DNA of 61,730 nucleotides, from the NCBI GenBank assembly GCA_043821445.1, contig JBDRCT010000021.1:1-61730 (forward strand), given 5' to 3'. Each line of letters opens with the position of its first letter. Positions within the stretch are counted from its first letter, which is position 1. Source of the DNA: Candidatus Omnitrophota bacterium. Its GTDB lineage: Bacteria > Omnitrophota > Omnitrophia > Omnitrophales > Aquincolibacteriaceae. The notes beneath the pieces are model-generated. The model was not told the origin of the DNA. It worked only from the letters and a program-made list of their open reading frames with translations, and did not search any database. The translations under genes were made by a program, and so were the position numbers. Positions 1-10,109 of the stretch are shown here, piece after piece.

Positions 1-140
1 ACCCCATCTCCTCGGCTTCTACACCCCCAATAACATCTCCAAAACCTCAAAGAAAGAACAAACCTTATGTCTTGTCTAAACACCCTAAAGGGGACATTTC
101 ATGTGCTAACAAAAGGGGACATCTTGACGTGCTGCCAACA
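1..140. repeat. Left copy of a perfect 140-bp terminal inverted repeat of the window
   Basis: Bases 1-140 are the exact reverse complement of 61591-61730. The repeat contains two ~22-bp direct sub-repeats (AAAGGGGACAT-N-TGTGCT). Its inner boundary reads 5'-TGTTGGCAGC outward. Confidence 0.9.
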
Positions 141-405
141 CAAAATTCTTTTTGAAGAGCTCTCTCGTTCTTGTTATACTTGCGGCCTTGTAAACCCTGA
201 TAGATCTCTTGCCCTGCCAATGCAAGGAATTTGTGGGGACATGCGAAAAACAACAGTATTGAATTTTTAGCTTGAACATTTAACCTAATCGGGAGATCTA
301 AAAAGGGGTCCACCCCGTTAGATCTTTGATTTTTTGGCTATGGCTAATTTGTATCAGTATACTGAACAATATTTTTAATGAACCTTCATCAGGAGATCTA
401 ACGGG

Positions 406-1455
406 GTGAAAAAAACCGTTCAAGAGTTCGCAAAACTTGCTGGTGGCGTCGTCATTGGCAACGGTGCTACGTTGATCGAAGGCATTACGAATTTTGAGAA
501 TCCGCTCAAGGGGCATATCTCGTTCGCACAAGATGAAAAAAGCTTCAAAGCACTTGAGGTTTCCGAGATCAGTTGCATCATCGTCCCGAAACAGATCTCC
601 CAGTCCTCCAAAGCCCTGATCCAGGTCGAATATCCCAAGCGGGCGTGGGCGCAGATCCTCCGGGAACTTTTTCCCGCCAGGAAATTTCCGGGAACGATCT
701 CTCCTCAAGCCTTGATCGCCTCGACCGCCTGTATCGGAAAAAATGTTACGATCGAGGCTTTCGTGACGATCTCGAACCACGCATCCGTCGGGGACGACGC
801 AGTCCTTTGTTCCCATGTGTTCGTCGGTGAGAACGTCAAGATCGGCCCGTACTCAGTGATCCATCCGAATGTGACCCTTTATGAGAATTGCGAATTGGGC
901 GCCCGCGTGGTGATCCATGCCGGTACTGTGGTCGGTGCTGACGGCTTCGGGTATGTCGCGACTCCGGCCGCACATGAAAAACTTCCGCAGATCGGCAACG
1001 TGGTGATCGAAGATGACGTGGAGATCGGAGCTTGCTCAACGGTCGACCGCGCGGCCATCGGATCCACACGCATCGGCCAAGGCTGCAAGATCGACAATCT
1101 CGTTCAGATCGCACACAACGTGGTGCTCGGCCCGCACACGGTCATTTCGGCCCAAACCGGCATCTCCGGGAGCTGCAAGATCGGTTCCCATGTCACGATG
1201 GGGGGAAGCGTCGGTGTGGGAGATCATGTGGAGATCGGCGACTGGACCATGGTGGGCGCCGGCGCGGGGTTCCCCTCGAACAAGAAAGTCCCCGGCAAAC
1301 AGATCGTATTCGGGCAACCTGCCCGCCCCTATGCAGAAGCCCGGCGTCAGATCGGCGCGCAGCTTCGCGCGGCCGAAACCCTGGACGATGTCAGGATGTT
1401 AAAGAAAAAAGTGGCCGAACTGGAGAAAAAACTGGAAGACGCTTCCAAAAAGTAA
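406..1455 (+). CDS. lpxD: UDP-3-O-acylglucosamine N-acyltransferase (LpxD)
   Basis: GTG start with AGGAG at 391-395. 349 aa. An LpxD-type N-terminal domain is followed by a long run of left-handed beta-helix hexapeptide repeats (IG..V.IG pattern) and a C-terminal helical tail. Confidence 0.85.
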   Translation: MKKTVQEFAKLAGGVVIGNGATLIEGITNFENPLKGHISFAQDEKSFKALEVSEISCIIVPKQISQSSKALIQVEYPKRAWAQILRELFPARKFPGTISPQALIASTACIGKNVTIEAFVTISNHASVGDDAVLCSHVFVGENVKIGPYSVIHPNVTLYENCELGARVVIHAGTVVGADGFGYVATPAAHEKLPQIGNVVIEDDVEIGACSTVDRAAIGSTRIGQGCKIDNLVQIAHNVVLGPHTVISAQTGISGSCKIGSHVTMGGSVGVGDHVEIGDWTMVGAGAGFPSNKKVPGKQIVFGQPARPYAEARRQIGAQLRAAETLDDVRMLKKKVAELEKKLEDASKK

Positions 1456-1530
1456 TCTCCGCCGCTGCGTTACGGTTTCCTTCATTTAAAGGATTTACTT
1501 TCTTCTGACTTTAAATAGAATGTCGCCATC

Positions 1531-2682
1531 ATGTTTTCGATATTGAGTCTCTTGATCTTCCTGCTTCCCTTTTGTCTTTCGTCCGCATCAGCAGCTGAGC
1601 CCTACTCTCTCTCAAGCTTCTTCTGCCTGGTTGTGATATTGGCATTTTCAGTCCTTTGGATCATACTCCGGAGACTTCCCGTAAAAAAATTCCGTTCTAT
1701 CAAGCACCCCTTCCTTCTGACCCTCCTTTTCCTGGTGATCGCTATCGCCTGCTGCCCGGCCGCACAATTGAAAAGCCCGGAAGAGATCAGCCAGAATTTC
1801 ATCGGTTTGCTTTTGTTCGTGATCGCCGCCTCCCTATCCCAGGAAGAAAAGAACCAGCTTACTTCCGCCATTGTTTTGAGCGCTTTTTGCATCAGTCTCA
1901 TGGCTGTGTTCCAGTATTTTTTTGGTTTTAATTTCCTGACGGATTATCTCAAAGAAGCGAACATCAACGATCCCTATGTTATGGAAAAGATCGCGCAACG
2001 AAGAGTTTTCTTCCCGTTCCCGGAACCGGTCATCCTGGGCGGATATTTGGCCATGATCCTTCCTCTTGCATTTAATATAAAATGGGGAAAGTTTTTTGTG
2101 ATCCCTTTGGCTTTTGCCCTCTTGCTCACGAGGTCCCTTGGCGCCCTTTTAAGTCTTGCGATCGTTTCCGCGGTCATTTTTATCTTAGGGGACCATTCCA
2201 AAAAAAAGAAGATCCTGATCCCTCTCTTGCTCGCAGTGATCATCGGATTTGTTTTTCACATCAGGATGAGTGCCCCTGAACTCCACCTCCTGCCCACCTT
2301 TTCCGTAGGAGAACGCCTGGAATACTGGAAAGGCGCTTGGGGAATCATCCGGGCGCATCCTTGGATCGGCACGGGACTCGGAAGTTTTGATCTTCCGGGA
2401 CGCACCTATTATGCCCATAACATTTTTCTGCAATTTTGGGCCGAGGCAGGCATCGCCAGCGTCTTTTTCTTCTTCTGGCTGGTCGCCGCGATCTTGAGAA
2501 ACGGCTGGGAAAACCTTCAGAGGTTACCGGAAAAAAAGCGGCAGATCGGTTTATTCGCCGGGGCTTGCGTCTTTCTCATCCACAACCTTGTGGATTTCAC
2601 TTTTTTCCTCCCGGCGGTCAGTCTTATCTGGTGGGTCATGATGGGATTGCTGTTTTCACCCAACGAGCAAAAAGAGAAATAG
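1531..2682 (+). CDS. O-antigen ligase (Wzy_C/WaaL-like) family membrane protein
   Basis: 383 aa and polytopic (about 10 hydrophobic helices). Carries the loop motif YAHNIFLQFWAEAGI typical of the O-antigen ligase family. Confidence 0.6.
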   Translation: MFSILSLLIFLLPFCLSSASAAEPYSLSSFFCLVVILAFSVLWIILRRLPVKKFRSIKHPFLLTLLFLVIAIACCPAAQLKSPEEISQNFIGLLLFVIAASLSQEEKNQLTSAIVLSAFCISLMAVFQYFFGFNFLTDYLKEANINDPYVMEKIAQRRVFFPFPEPVILGGYLAMILPLAFNIKWGKFFVIPLAFALLLTRSLGALLSLAIVSAVIFILGDHSKKKKILIPLLLAVIIGFVFHIRMSAPELHLLPTFSVGERLEYWKGAWGIIRAHPWIGTGLGSFDLPGRTYYAHNIFLQFWAEAGIASVFFFFWLVAAILRNGWENLQRLPEKKRQIGLFAGACVFLIHNLVDFTFFLPAVSLIWWVMMGLLFSPNEQKEK

Positions 2683-2730
2683 TCGGGACCCCGCCTTCCC
2701 CGTCTTCCTTTTCCCGAGTAGCAGGTAAGA

Positions 2731-3336
2731 CTATGTTTCTCTTTTGAGCCTTATCAAACTCAGGAATTCACTGCGGGAGCGGGCGTCTTTGCGGAAAGCT
2801 CCGAGCATCGAGCTGGTGATCGTGTAGGCGTCGGATTTCCGGACGCCGCGCATGGACATGCAGAGGTGAAGGGCCTCGATCACGACCGCGACCCCTTTGG
2901 GATTGAGCGCATTCATCAGGCACTCGGCGATCTGCGTCGTGAGCCGTTCCTGGACTTGGAGCCGTTTGGAGAAGACCTCCACAAGACGCGGGATCTTGGA
3001 AAGCCCGATGATCTTCCCGTTCGGGATATAAGCGATATGAGCCTTGCCATAGAACGGCAGAAGATGATGCTCGCAAAGTGAAAAGATCTCGATGTCCTTG
3101 ACGATGACCATCTCGTCGTAGGGTTCCTTGAAGATCGCATGATTCAGGATCTCCCGGGCGTCCATATGATACCCTTGTGTCAGATACCGGAGGGATTTTG
3201 TCACACGCGCCGGCGTCCTTCCGAGACCTTCGCGCTTGGGGTTCTCCCCCAAAAGCACGAGCATCTCCTTGACCAGTCCTTCGAATTTTTCTTCTTTCTG
3301 TTCTGTTTTTTTCTTTCCCATTTTTCCCCCGGTCAT
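2731..3336 (-). CDS. folE: GTP cyclohydrolase I (FolE)
   Basis: 201 aa with signatures [30 protein letters not shown] and [13 protein letters not shown]. Confidence 0.9.
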   Translation of the reverse strand: MTGGKMGKKKTEQKEEKFEGLVKEMLVLLGENPKREGLGRTPARVTKSLRYLTQGYHMDAREILNHAIFKEPYDEMVIVKDIEIFSLCEHHLLPFYGKAHIAYIPNGKIIGLSKIPRLVEVFSKRLQVQERLTTQIAECLMNALNPKGVAVVIEALHLCMSMRGVRKSDAYTITSSMLGAFRKDARSRSEFLSLIRLKRET

Positions 3337-3339
3337 ATT

Positions 3340-4359
3340 TTATTTCAATGCCCTACGGACCGCTTCCGCGATCTTCGAAAAATGCTCGCTGAGAGAACTC
3401 TTCGGATATCCGGCCACGACCGGCAATCCGGAATCCCCGCATTCCCGCACCTGAGCCTCAAGCGGTATGCCCCCGAGAAAGGGGATCTGGAACACCCCGG
3501 CCATTTTTTCGCCACCGCCTTTTCCGAAGACCGCTCCGGTCATGTTCTCAACCACGCCCAGGATCGGGACCTCGATCTGACGGAACATATTCACCGCTTT
3601 CCGAACATCGCTCAAGGCCACCTCCTGCGGCGTCGTCACTACGACCGCTCCCGACAAACTCACCCATTGCGACAAGGACAACTGAACATCCCCCGTTCCC
3701 GGCGGCAAGTCCACCACCAGATAATCAAGCTCGCCCCAATCCACGCGGTGCAAGAACTGTTCCATGGTCTTATGCAAAAGCGGTCCCCGCCAGATCACCG
3801 GTTGTTCGGGATTCGCAAAAAATCCGATCGAGATCGTCTTGACGCCATAAGCTTCCAGCGGAAGGATCTTTTCCGCGGCATTTCCCTCAGGACGTTTTTC
3901 GGTCGGGATACCGAGCATGATCGGGATATTCGGCCCGTAAATATCCGCGTCCAACAAACCCACTTTGGCGCCGTGTTGTTTCAAGGCAAGCGCCAGATTC
4001 ACGGCCACGGTGGATTTACCGACGCCGCCTTTGCCGCTTGCGACCGCGATCACATGCTTCACGCCGGGAATAGACCGGAGAACCGGGGCGTCAACCCCGG
4101 ATCCTGGTTTTCCTGAAAAATGGACCTCGCACCCGCTCGCGCCCGCCTTCTGCACGGCCTGAACGATCGCTGAACGCAATTTCTCCTGAAGACACGGATC
4201 TTCGACGGAAGATTCCAAATGAAGAAAGGCATGGTTCTTATCGATCTCGATCTCCCGCACAAGTCCAAGCGAAATAATGTCCTCGCTGAGAACAGGCTCC
4301 CGGACCTGTTTGAGACATTCGAGCACTTTCTCGCGGGTGATCTTATTGAACGTGGTCAT
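3340..4359 (-). CDS. apbC: Mrp/ApbC/NBP35-family Fe-S cluster carrier ATPase
   Basis: 339 aa. N-terminal DUF59-like segment, deviant Walker A IAVASGKGGVGKSTVAVNLA, and CxxC-region context typical of the family. Confidence 0.85.
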   Translation of the reverse strand: MTTFNKITREKVLECLKQVREPVLSEDIISLGLVREIEIDKNHAFLHLESSVEDPCLQEKLRSAIVQAVQKAGASGCEVHFSGKPGSGVDAPVLRSIPGVKHVIAVASGKGGVGKSTVAVNLALALKQHGAKVGLLDADIYGPNIPIMLGIPTEKRPEGNAAEKILPLEAYGVKTISIGFFANPEQPVIWRGPLLHKTMEQFLHRVDWGELDYLVVDLPPGTGDVQLSLSQWVSLSGAVVVTTPQEVALSDVRKAVNMFRQIEVPILGVVENMTGAVFGKGGGEKMAGVFQIPFLGGIPLEAQVRECGDSGLPVVAGYPKSSLSEHFSKIAEAVRRALK

Positions 4360-4361
4360 GC

Positions 4362-5315
4362 CTAAACCTTAGGGTCCCTCGAAGAACTCGCAGGACCTGG
4401 GGTGCCGGGTTTCAAGACCCTCCAAAAAAACCATACCATCAGCGCCAGAAAAAACCAACCCACGAGGCCGTCGTAGAGGACCTTGGACCCCCAGAATAAA
4501 GTCCTGCCCTTTTGGAATTGCAAGAAAGAGTCGTCCAGTCTTACAAAAAAGACGCACCCTGCGTGGAATCCGATCGCAGGATAAAGAGATCCGCTCCGGT
4601 AGGCCACCCCGTTAAGGGCCAGCCCGAAAAGGAAGAGACCTACTACCTCCGGCCAGAACTTCGGCCACTGAGCAAGAGAAAAAAAAGGCGCCCCGACCAA
4701 CCGTAATCCGTCGATCCAATTCGGGGACGAGTCGACAAAGATCTTTTTCATCCCGATGAAATGGATGATCGCATAGAACGAAGTCGTGATTATCACGCTC
4801 AGGAACACCCGGTCCCTCAAAAGACGCATGAGCGACCGGAAAATGAACCCCCGGAAAAAAAATTCTTCTATGAACCCGATCAGAAGGGCCGTCCCAAGCG
4901 CCAAAAAAACTTTGGCGGTCCACCCCTCCCACGAAAGGGAGTCCGGCGCGAAGACCGCCTGGCCCAAAAGGAACCGCAGGATCCCCACCGCTCCCAGGAC
5001 AAGGACACCGGCCTTAAATCCCTTCGCCAAAAGTTCCAGGCTTTGAGGCTTCCAGGCCAGACCGTAACTCGTGAGCATTTCTCTTTTGACCCGGACAAAG
5101 CACGCGACCGCGACAAGCGAAAGGATCATCACGATACGGTTGAAGATCCGTTCGAATTTATAGGGATGGAATGTTTGGAAAAAATTGAAAAAAAGCGGTG
5201 CAAGAACTGCGCTCAGGAGAAGGATCGCCGCAAACACTGCTATAAATTTGAGAAAACCTTTCATGGAAAACCTTTCTGTCCTGTTGTCATTCCGAACTCG
5301 CCGACGGCGGGCCAA
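4362..5315 (-). CDS. CPBP (CAAX) family intramembrane metalloprotease
   Basis: Multi-TM protein with motifs EEFFFRGF and IIHFIG characteristic of the CPBP family. The true start is probably the ATG at 5264 (MKGFLKF). Confidence 0.7.
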   Translation of the reverse strand: MARRRRVRNDNRTERFSMKGFLKFIAVFAAILLLSAVLAPLFFNFFQTFHPYKFERIFNRIVMILSLVAVACFVRVKREMLTSYGLAWKPQSLELLAKGFKAGVLVLGAVGILRFLLGQAVFAPDSLSWEGWTAKVFLALGTALLIGFIEEFFFRGFIFRSLMRLLRDRVFLSVIITTSFYAIIHFIGMKKIFVDSSPNWIDGLRLVGAPFFSLAQWPKFWPEVVGLFLFGLALNGVAYRSGSLYPAIGFHAGCVFFVRLDDSFLQFQKGRTLFWGSKVLYDGLVGWFFLALMVWFFWRVLKPGTPGPASSSRDPKV

Positions 5316-5372
5316 GAATCCCGAATAAGATCCTTCGCCTTTTTTAGGGCTCAGGATGACGTGAAAACCACG

Positions 5373-5831
5373 TCATTTCAATTCAAGGATAAGTTCGATT
5401 TCCACTGCGGCATTAAGCGGCAAACTGGCCACACCCACGGCAGAACGGGCATGCACCCCTTGATCCCCCATCACCTCGGCAAAAAGCTCCGAGGCCTTGT
5501 TCAGGACCGCCGGGATCTCATAAAAATCCGGCGCCGTCTGGACAAATCCGGTCATTTTCACGATACGGGCAATTTTCGCAAAGCCGATAACACTCTTCAT
5601 AATGCTTAAGACATTGAGTGCCGCAAGCCTCGCGGCTTCCTGCCCCTGCGCCAAAGAGAGGCCTCCGCCGACCTTCCCTTCCAGTGTCTTTCCCGAAGCG
5701 TCCCTGGAGACCTGTCCGCTTAAAAATGCAAGATTTCCGGATATCACACACGGCTGATAAAGCCCCGCAGGCTTGGGCGCCGGCGGTAGAGACAAACCTA
5801 ATTGTGTGATTTTTTCTTCTGGAGTCATCAT
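5373..5831 (-). CDS. ridA: RidA/YjgF/L-PSP family enamine/imine deaminase
   Basis: 152 aa. C-terminal ARSAVGVASLPLNAAVEIELILE matches the RidA family signature region. Confidence 0.8.
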   Translation of the reverse strand: MMTPEEKITQLGLSLPPAPKPAGLYQPCVISGNLAFLSGQVSRDASGKTLEGKVGGGLSLAQGQEAARLAALNVLSIMKSVIGFAKIARIVKMTGFVQTAPDFYEIPAVLNKASELFAEVMGDQGVHARSAVGVASLPLNAAVEIELILELK

Positions 5832-5838
5832 TTTGAGG

Positions 5839-6549
5839 TTATTTCGTACCTATGATAAGCGTAGCGGCGCCAAAAGCAAAGCTTTTACTCATTAAGTTGC
5901 GGTATCCAACAGCCCGCATCAGCTGGATCGTGTCTGCGGGAGACTGAAAACTCCGGACCGACCGGGACAAAAAATCATAGGCCTTCCGGCGACCCGAAAA
6001 AAGCCACCCCAAAAACGGCAGCATGAATTGGATGTACGGAAAAAAGAACAGCCGGACCCAGAAATTCCGGGGGCGCGTCAGATCCAGAAAAGCGGCTTTC
6101 CCGCCCGGGGTCAGGATGCGATGAACGCTGCTTAAAAATTCCGGAAGTTTTTGGACGCTCCGGAGCGTAAACCCCGAGATCACGAGATCAAAACTTGATT
6201 CGAGAAAAGGCAGGGCATCAAAATCCTCCTGGAGCCACATCACATTCCCCGGGATCGTCTTACGCGCCTTTTGAAGCATGGCAACCGAGAAATCCACTCC
6301 GGTCACGCTCTCCCAGGACCTGCTGCGCAGGAAACATTCCAGGAATTTCCCCGTACCGCAGCCAAGATCCAGAAGGGTCTTGGGAGAAAAGTTAGGATCG
6401 CTCAGGAGGATTTCCGACGAACGCTTACGCCAGCATCCTGCCATTCCCAAGCTCAGGATCTGATTCAGCATGTCGTATCGCGGCATGATCGAATCGAACG
6501 CGTCGCGGATAAATCCCTTGTCAGGCACGTGCATGGCTCGCCTCTTCAA
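5839..6549 (-). CDS. ubiE: Demethylmenaquinone/ubiquinone methyltransferase (UbiE/MenG)
   Basis: Has RYDMLNQILSLG (UbiE N-terminal motif) and SAM motif I LLDLGCGTGKF. Sits inside the menaquinone gene cluster. The start may be the ATG at 6534. Confidence 0.8.
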   Translation of the reverse strand: MKRRAMHVPDKGFIRDAFDSIMPRYDMLNQILSLGMAGCWRKRSSEILLSDPNFSPKTLLDLGCGTGKFLECFLRSRSWESVTGVDFSVAMLQKARKTIPGNVMWLQEDFDALPFLESSFDLVISGFTLRSVQKLPEFLSSVHRILTPGGKAAFLDLTRPRNFWVRLFFFPYIQFMLPFLGWLFSGRRKAYDFLSRSVRSFQSPADTIQLMRAVGYRNLMSKSFAFGAATLIIGTK

Positions 6550-7654
6550 AAACCTTCAGAACTTGATAATTCGTGTCGCGTTGGACGGGAATAAAACCGG
6601 CGTCCCTGATAAGACGGACAAGATCCTCACGACGCGTCCGGACCCGGATACCCGTGGGTTCCAAGACCTTGTCCTCGATCAAGGTGCCTCCCATATCATC
6701 ACACCCGAAAGCCAGCGCGATCTGCCCGAGCCTCATCCCTTCAGTAAGCCATCCGCTTTGAATATGTTCGAAATTATCAAGCATCAGACGTGAGATCGCC
6801 ACGGTTTTCAGATAATCATTTCCACCTGCGGGTTTGAAATCACCCATGCCGGGAGTGTCTTGCGACCCGTCTGAGGATCGGCGAGGCTCGCTCGAAATTC
6901 TGGGCGGCACAAAACTCCACGGGATGAAAGCCCGGAAGCCTCTCGTCTGGTCCTGCAACTCGCGAAGCCGGAGAAGATGCATGATCCGTTCTTCCTTCGT
7001 CTCCACATGCCCGAATACCATGGTGCCCGTCGTTTTAAATCCGCTCTCGTGAGCCACCCGCATCACTTCAAGCCATCGCTCCGATGAGATCTTCTTCGGG
7101 CTGATCAGCTGCCGGACGCGCTCCACGAGGATCTCGGCTCCGCCCCCCGGAAGCGAATTGAGCCCGGCTTCTTTGAATTTCCGGAAAAGTTCGGGCAACG
7201 GCATGCCGCTTTTTTGAGAGAGCACATCCATTTCGATCGCCGAAAAAGAATGAATGTGGATCTTGGGGAACTTCTCGTGGATGGCGCGAACCATATCAAG
7301 GTAGTAGTCGAGTTTAAGATCCGGGTGAATGCCTCCCTGAATGAGCACTTGCGTCCCGCCCAGGGCCTCGAGTTCTCCCACTTTTCCGAGGATCTCTTCT
7401 TGGGAGAGCACATACGCTCCGGGAGCCCTGGGGGCGCAATGAAACGCACAAAAATCGCAACCGATCGTGCAAACATTCGTGTAGCTGATATTCCGGTCTA
7501 CCACAAAAGTGACGGCGTCGGGAAGAAGCCTCGAAGTCAGCTCTTGGGCGATCTCACCCAGGCTCAAAAGATCGCAGGCATAAAGCTTCACCCCGTCTTC
7601 GAACGTCAGCCGTTCGCCCTTCAGACGTTTTTCGAGGATCTTGCCATGCCTCAC
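6521..7654 (-). CDS. Radical SAM futalosine-pathway enzyme, MqnC/MqnE family (cyclic dehypoxanthinyl futalosine synthase or aminofutalosine synthase)
   Basis: 377 aa with CTIGCDFCAF (CX3CX2C), GGTQVLIQGG, MVFGHVET.EERI.HL and GFRAFIPWSF. Lies immediately downstream of mqnA. MqnC and MqnE cannot be told apart by eye; the IPW motif leans towards MqnC. Confidence 0.75.
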   Translation of the reverse strand: MRHGKILEKRLKGERLTFEDGVKLYACDLLSLGEIAQELTSRLLPDAVTFVVDRNISYTNVCTIGCDFCAFHCAPRAPGAYVLSQEEILGKVGELEALGGTQVLIQGGIHPDLKLDYYLDMVRAIHEKFPKIHIHSFSAIEMDVLSQKSGMPLPELFRKFKEAGLNSLPGGGAEILVERVRQLISPKKISSERWLEVMRVAHESGFKTTGTMVFGHVETKEERIMHLLRLRELQDQTRGFRAFIPWSFVPPRISSEPRRSSDGSQDTPGMGDFKPAGGNDYLKTVAISRLMLDNFEHIQSGWLTEGMRLGQIALAFGCDDMGGTLIEDKVLEPTGIRVRTRREDLVRLIRDAGFIPVQRDTNYQVLKVFEEASHARA

Positions 7655-8553
7655 CTGCCCTCTCCTGACGGAAGAGGGGCGGAGATTGGGGTGGGAAGAG
7701 GGATGGGGAGAGAGAAAAATTCCAAAGGCTTCGGGGCAGGCGCAAGGCCTTCCTCATGAGCCAATTCGAAGAACCGGAGCACGCCTTCTTTCATGTCCGC
7801 ATCCAATGCGTAATGAAGGTTCCCAAGATAACCCAGCGTTTGACAGAACCGTTTGTCCGAAGGCCCGATCCCAAGCCCCTGCTTCAAGAGCCCTTCCAAG
7901 TTCGCTAAATTCTTTGAAAGATTTTCTTTCAGACTCTCCGCAAGAGCCCAGAGCCAGACCGGATGCCGGGCCGCGAAGTCCTTGCGCGCAGCCCACAGCG
8001 CGAACACGAAGGGCTTCCCCGTCCAGGAACGCCACAGCTCTCCGAGATCGTATTTATAGACCAATTCCTTGGGTTGGCAAAAAAGCGCCTGGTCTCCGAT
8101 CACAAGCGCGGCCGGATATTTTTGAAGCATGGCCTCGGGATCCTGCCCCGTCAGCTCGAACGTGTTGCGATGGCCATATTTCTTCGAGAGAAGAATGCGC
8201 ACAAGGCCGGCGGAGCTGAGGCTTTCCCGGGAAAGTGCGATCACCGAGCCGTAGAGATGCTCGATCTTTATTTTGGAAAGGAGCAGCACGCTCCGCGCGA
8301 AAAGCCGCGTCCCGATCGCAAGGTCGGGGAGGAGAAAATAATCATCTTGGTACTGGAGATATTCCAAAGAGGACACCGGTGCCACGTCGATCTCCCCTTT
8401 CTCCAGGGCTTGATTGATCTCGGATGGATAAGATTCGAAAAAACTTATTTCCGATTCTACCCCCTTTGCACGGAGCATTTCGACAAGGCCGGAATAGAAC
8501 GGAAGGCAGTTGAGATAGTGGATCTTTCCAATGCGAAGTCCTGTGTTAGTCAT
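7651..8553 (-). CDS. mqnA: Chorismate dehydratase (MqnA)
   Basis: 300 aa. N-terminal IGKIHYLNCLPFY and a periplasmic-binding-protein-like fold pattern of the MqnA (VitK2_biosynth) family. Context is next to the mqnC/E gene. Confidence 0.75.
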   Translation of the reverse strand: MTNTGLRIGKIHYLNCLPFYSGLVEMLRAKGVESEISFFESYPSEINQALEKGEIDVAPVSSLEYLQYQDDYFLLPDLAIGTRLFARSVLLLSKIKIEHLYGSVIALSRESLSSAGLVRILLSKKYGHRNTFELTGQDPEAMLQKYPAALVIGDQALFCQPKELVYKYDLGELWRSWTGKPFVFALWAARKDFAARHPVWLWALAESLKENLSKNLANLEGLLKQGLGIGPSDKRFCQTLGYLGNLHYALDADMKEGVLRFFELAHEEGLAPAPKPLEFFSLPIPLPTPISAPLPSGEGR

Positions 8554-8612
8554 TATAAAATCTCTCCCAGCTGATAGCTGTTAGGCCCAGGCCGGAAGTT
8601 ACCGACCATAGG

Positions 8613-9191
8613 CTACAGGTCACAAACTATTTTCCCAACCCAGCGAGGAAAAAGCGTGTGTGAGATACCCATTTGATCGAGAACCTTCCCCACCATAAAA
8701 TCAACGATCTCTCGGATGCTTTGCTGTCCGGAGTAGAACGCGGGCATCGCAGGCACGATCCGCACCCCGAGCCGTGAAAGCTTCAGCATATTTTCAAGAT
8801 GAATGGCACTCAGAGGCGTTTCGCGCGGCACGAGCACAAGCTTCCGCCCTTCCTTGATCGTGCAATCCGCGGCCCGGTGGATAAGATTCTGGCTCAGGCC
8901 CGAGGCGATCGCCCCGAGCGTTCCCATGCTGCACGGGATCACGACCATTCCTTCCGTGGGGTAGGAACCGCTCGCGATCGGCGCCGTGAAATCCTTAAAA
9001 TCATGGAGATGGATAAATTTTTGAGAGACGGTCTCGGCCAGATCGATCCCCATCTCCTCCCGGGCCACGATCTTGGCCGTATCCGAAAGGACCAGCTCCA
9101 CGGAGACCGACTGCTCCGCCAGCACTTGGACGAACCGCACCCCATAAATAACCCCGCTCGCCCCCGTGATCGCCACAATGTAAGGTTTCAT
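8613..9191 (-). CDS. ubiX: Flavin prenyltransferase UbiX
   Basis: 192 aa with MKPYIVAITGASGVIYGVR and VIPCSMGTLGAIASG motifs of the UbiX/Pad1 family. Confidence 0.85.
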   Translation of the reverse strand: MKPYIVAITGASGVIYGVRFVQVLAEQSVSVELVLSDTAKIVAREEMGIDLAETVSQKFIHLHDFKDFTAPIASGSYPTEGMVVIPCSMGTLGAIASGLSQNLIHRAADCTIKEGRKLVLVPRETPLSAIHLENMLKLSRLGVRIVPAMPAFYSGQQSIREIVDFMVGKVLDQMGISHTLFPRWVGKIVCDL

Positions 9192-9256
9192 TTTTCCTCT
9201 TCAAGCCTCGAATGGAAGAGTACCACCTTCCGCAAGGCGGGAACCGGGATTTCCGG

Positions 9257-9598
9257 TCATTGATACTTCTCTGCAACTTCCTTGTATTTCAGGGGCTTTT
9301 CTTCTTCCATCCGTATTTTTTCCTCGGCCTCCCGCTGAAAGGCCTCAGCCCTCAACTGATTCGAAATCTCCGTGCACTTGTCGATGCAATGCTCTTTGGA
9401 ATAAACCCTTTGGCATTCCAGCCGGCATTTTTTAACATCGATCCCGAACCGGGTCTTGTCCTCTGCAACTATTTTTTCCGCCACAGCCAGAATGTCTTGC
9501 TTGCCATCCGCCCAAGCGCTCCCCCCCGTAAGGCATAACGCCATAAAAAAGACCCCTACTGATAAACTTTTCATTTTTTTCTCCCGTTTTCCCGCCAT
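9257..9598 (-). CDS. Small secreted Cys-containing hypothetical protein
   Basis: 113 aa. N-terminal signal peptide (SVGVFFMALCLTGGSAWA-DG), four Cys (CRLEC...CIDKC) and a charged helical tail. No family recognised. Confidence 0.45.
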   Translation of the reverse strand: MAGKREKKMKSLSVGVFFMALCLTGGSAWADGKQDILAVAEKIVAEDKTRFGIDVKKCRLECQRVYSKEHCIDKCTEISNQLRAEAFQREAEEKIRMEEEKPLKYKEVAEKYQ

Positions 9599-9652
9599 GC
9601 GTCCCCGTGAGCCGATAAACTTTAGCCCCTAGCTGTGAACTATCAGCAAGGA

Positions 9653-9946
9653 TTAATCTTCCAACTTGATCGCGACTTTCTCTTTTGAAGCGGCTGTCCC
9701 CTGGTTTCCAGGCGCCGTCTTTCTTGCTGCGAAGAGCATCCAGAACGCGAGCAATAAAACGATCACAGCACCTATGGCGCTTGCCTCGGGAGAGATCGAC
9801 TTGTCCCCCACGATGATGGGAACCTTCAACACCCACCGCACCAGATGAATTTCGGCAGCCACGATAAAAACGATCCCCGCAACATTCAACGCGATTTTTT
9901 GCATGCCCCCTCCTCCTGTTTTTTGAAAGATACCAGGCCTACACAC
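9653..9946 (-). CDS. Small two-TM membrane protein, hypothetical
   Basis: Two hydrophobic helices (IALNVAGIVFIVAAEI and AIGAVIVLLLAFWMLF). The likely start is the ATG at 9904 (MQKIAL). No family recognised. Confidence 0.4.
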   Translation of the reverse strand: MCRPGIFQKTGGGGMQKIALNVAGIVFIVAAEIHLVRWVLKVPIIVGDKSISPEASAIGAVIVLLLAFWMLFAARKTAPGNQGTAASKEKVAIKLED

Positions 9947-10109
9947 CGCAGAGGGATTTTACCACGAAATTCTGACGCCCGCCTCTATCTTCGATTCCTT
10001 TACTGACCGGGAAAACCGGACAAAGGTTTGGGCGTTGCCTTAAGACGAACTTTTCCCGGATCTTCTTCTTAAGCCCGGCTAGATGCTCACTCAAAAGATC
10101 TTCGTGATG

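Noticed and set aside
65-313. Small ORFs (82 aa minus strand, 67 aa plus strand) inside and next to the left terminal repeat.
   Set aside because: There is no family resemblance, they overlap each other, and they lie largely within repeat DNA. They are more likely non-coding transposon-end or spacer sequence.
3139-4116. 325-aa plus-strand ORF antisense to the mrp/apbC gene. Similar long antisense ORFs lie at 4761-5609, 7214-7759, 7963-8574, 14030-14881, 15999-16853, 18169-19002, 25197-26054, 27018-27578 and 29608-30363.
   Set aside because: These are shadow ORFs on the opposite strand of genes with clear family signatures. Their translations are Arg/His/Pro/Gly-rich and low complexity with no recognisable motifs, and they have no plausible ribosome-binding sites.
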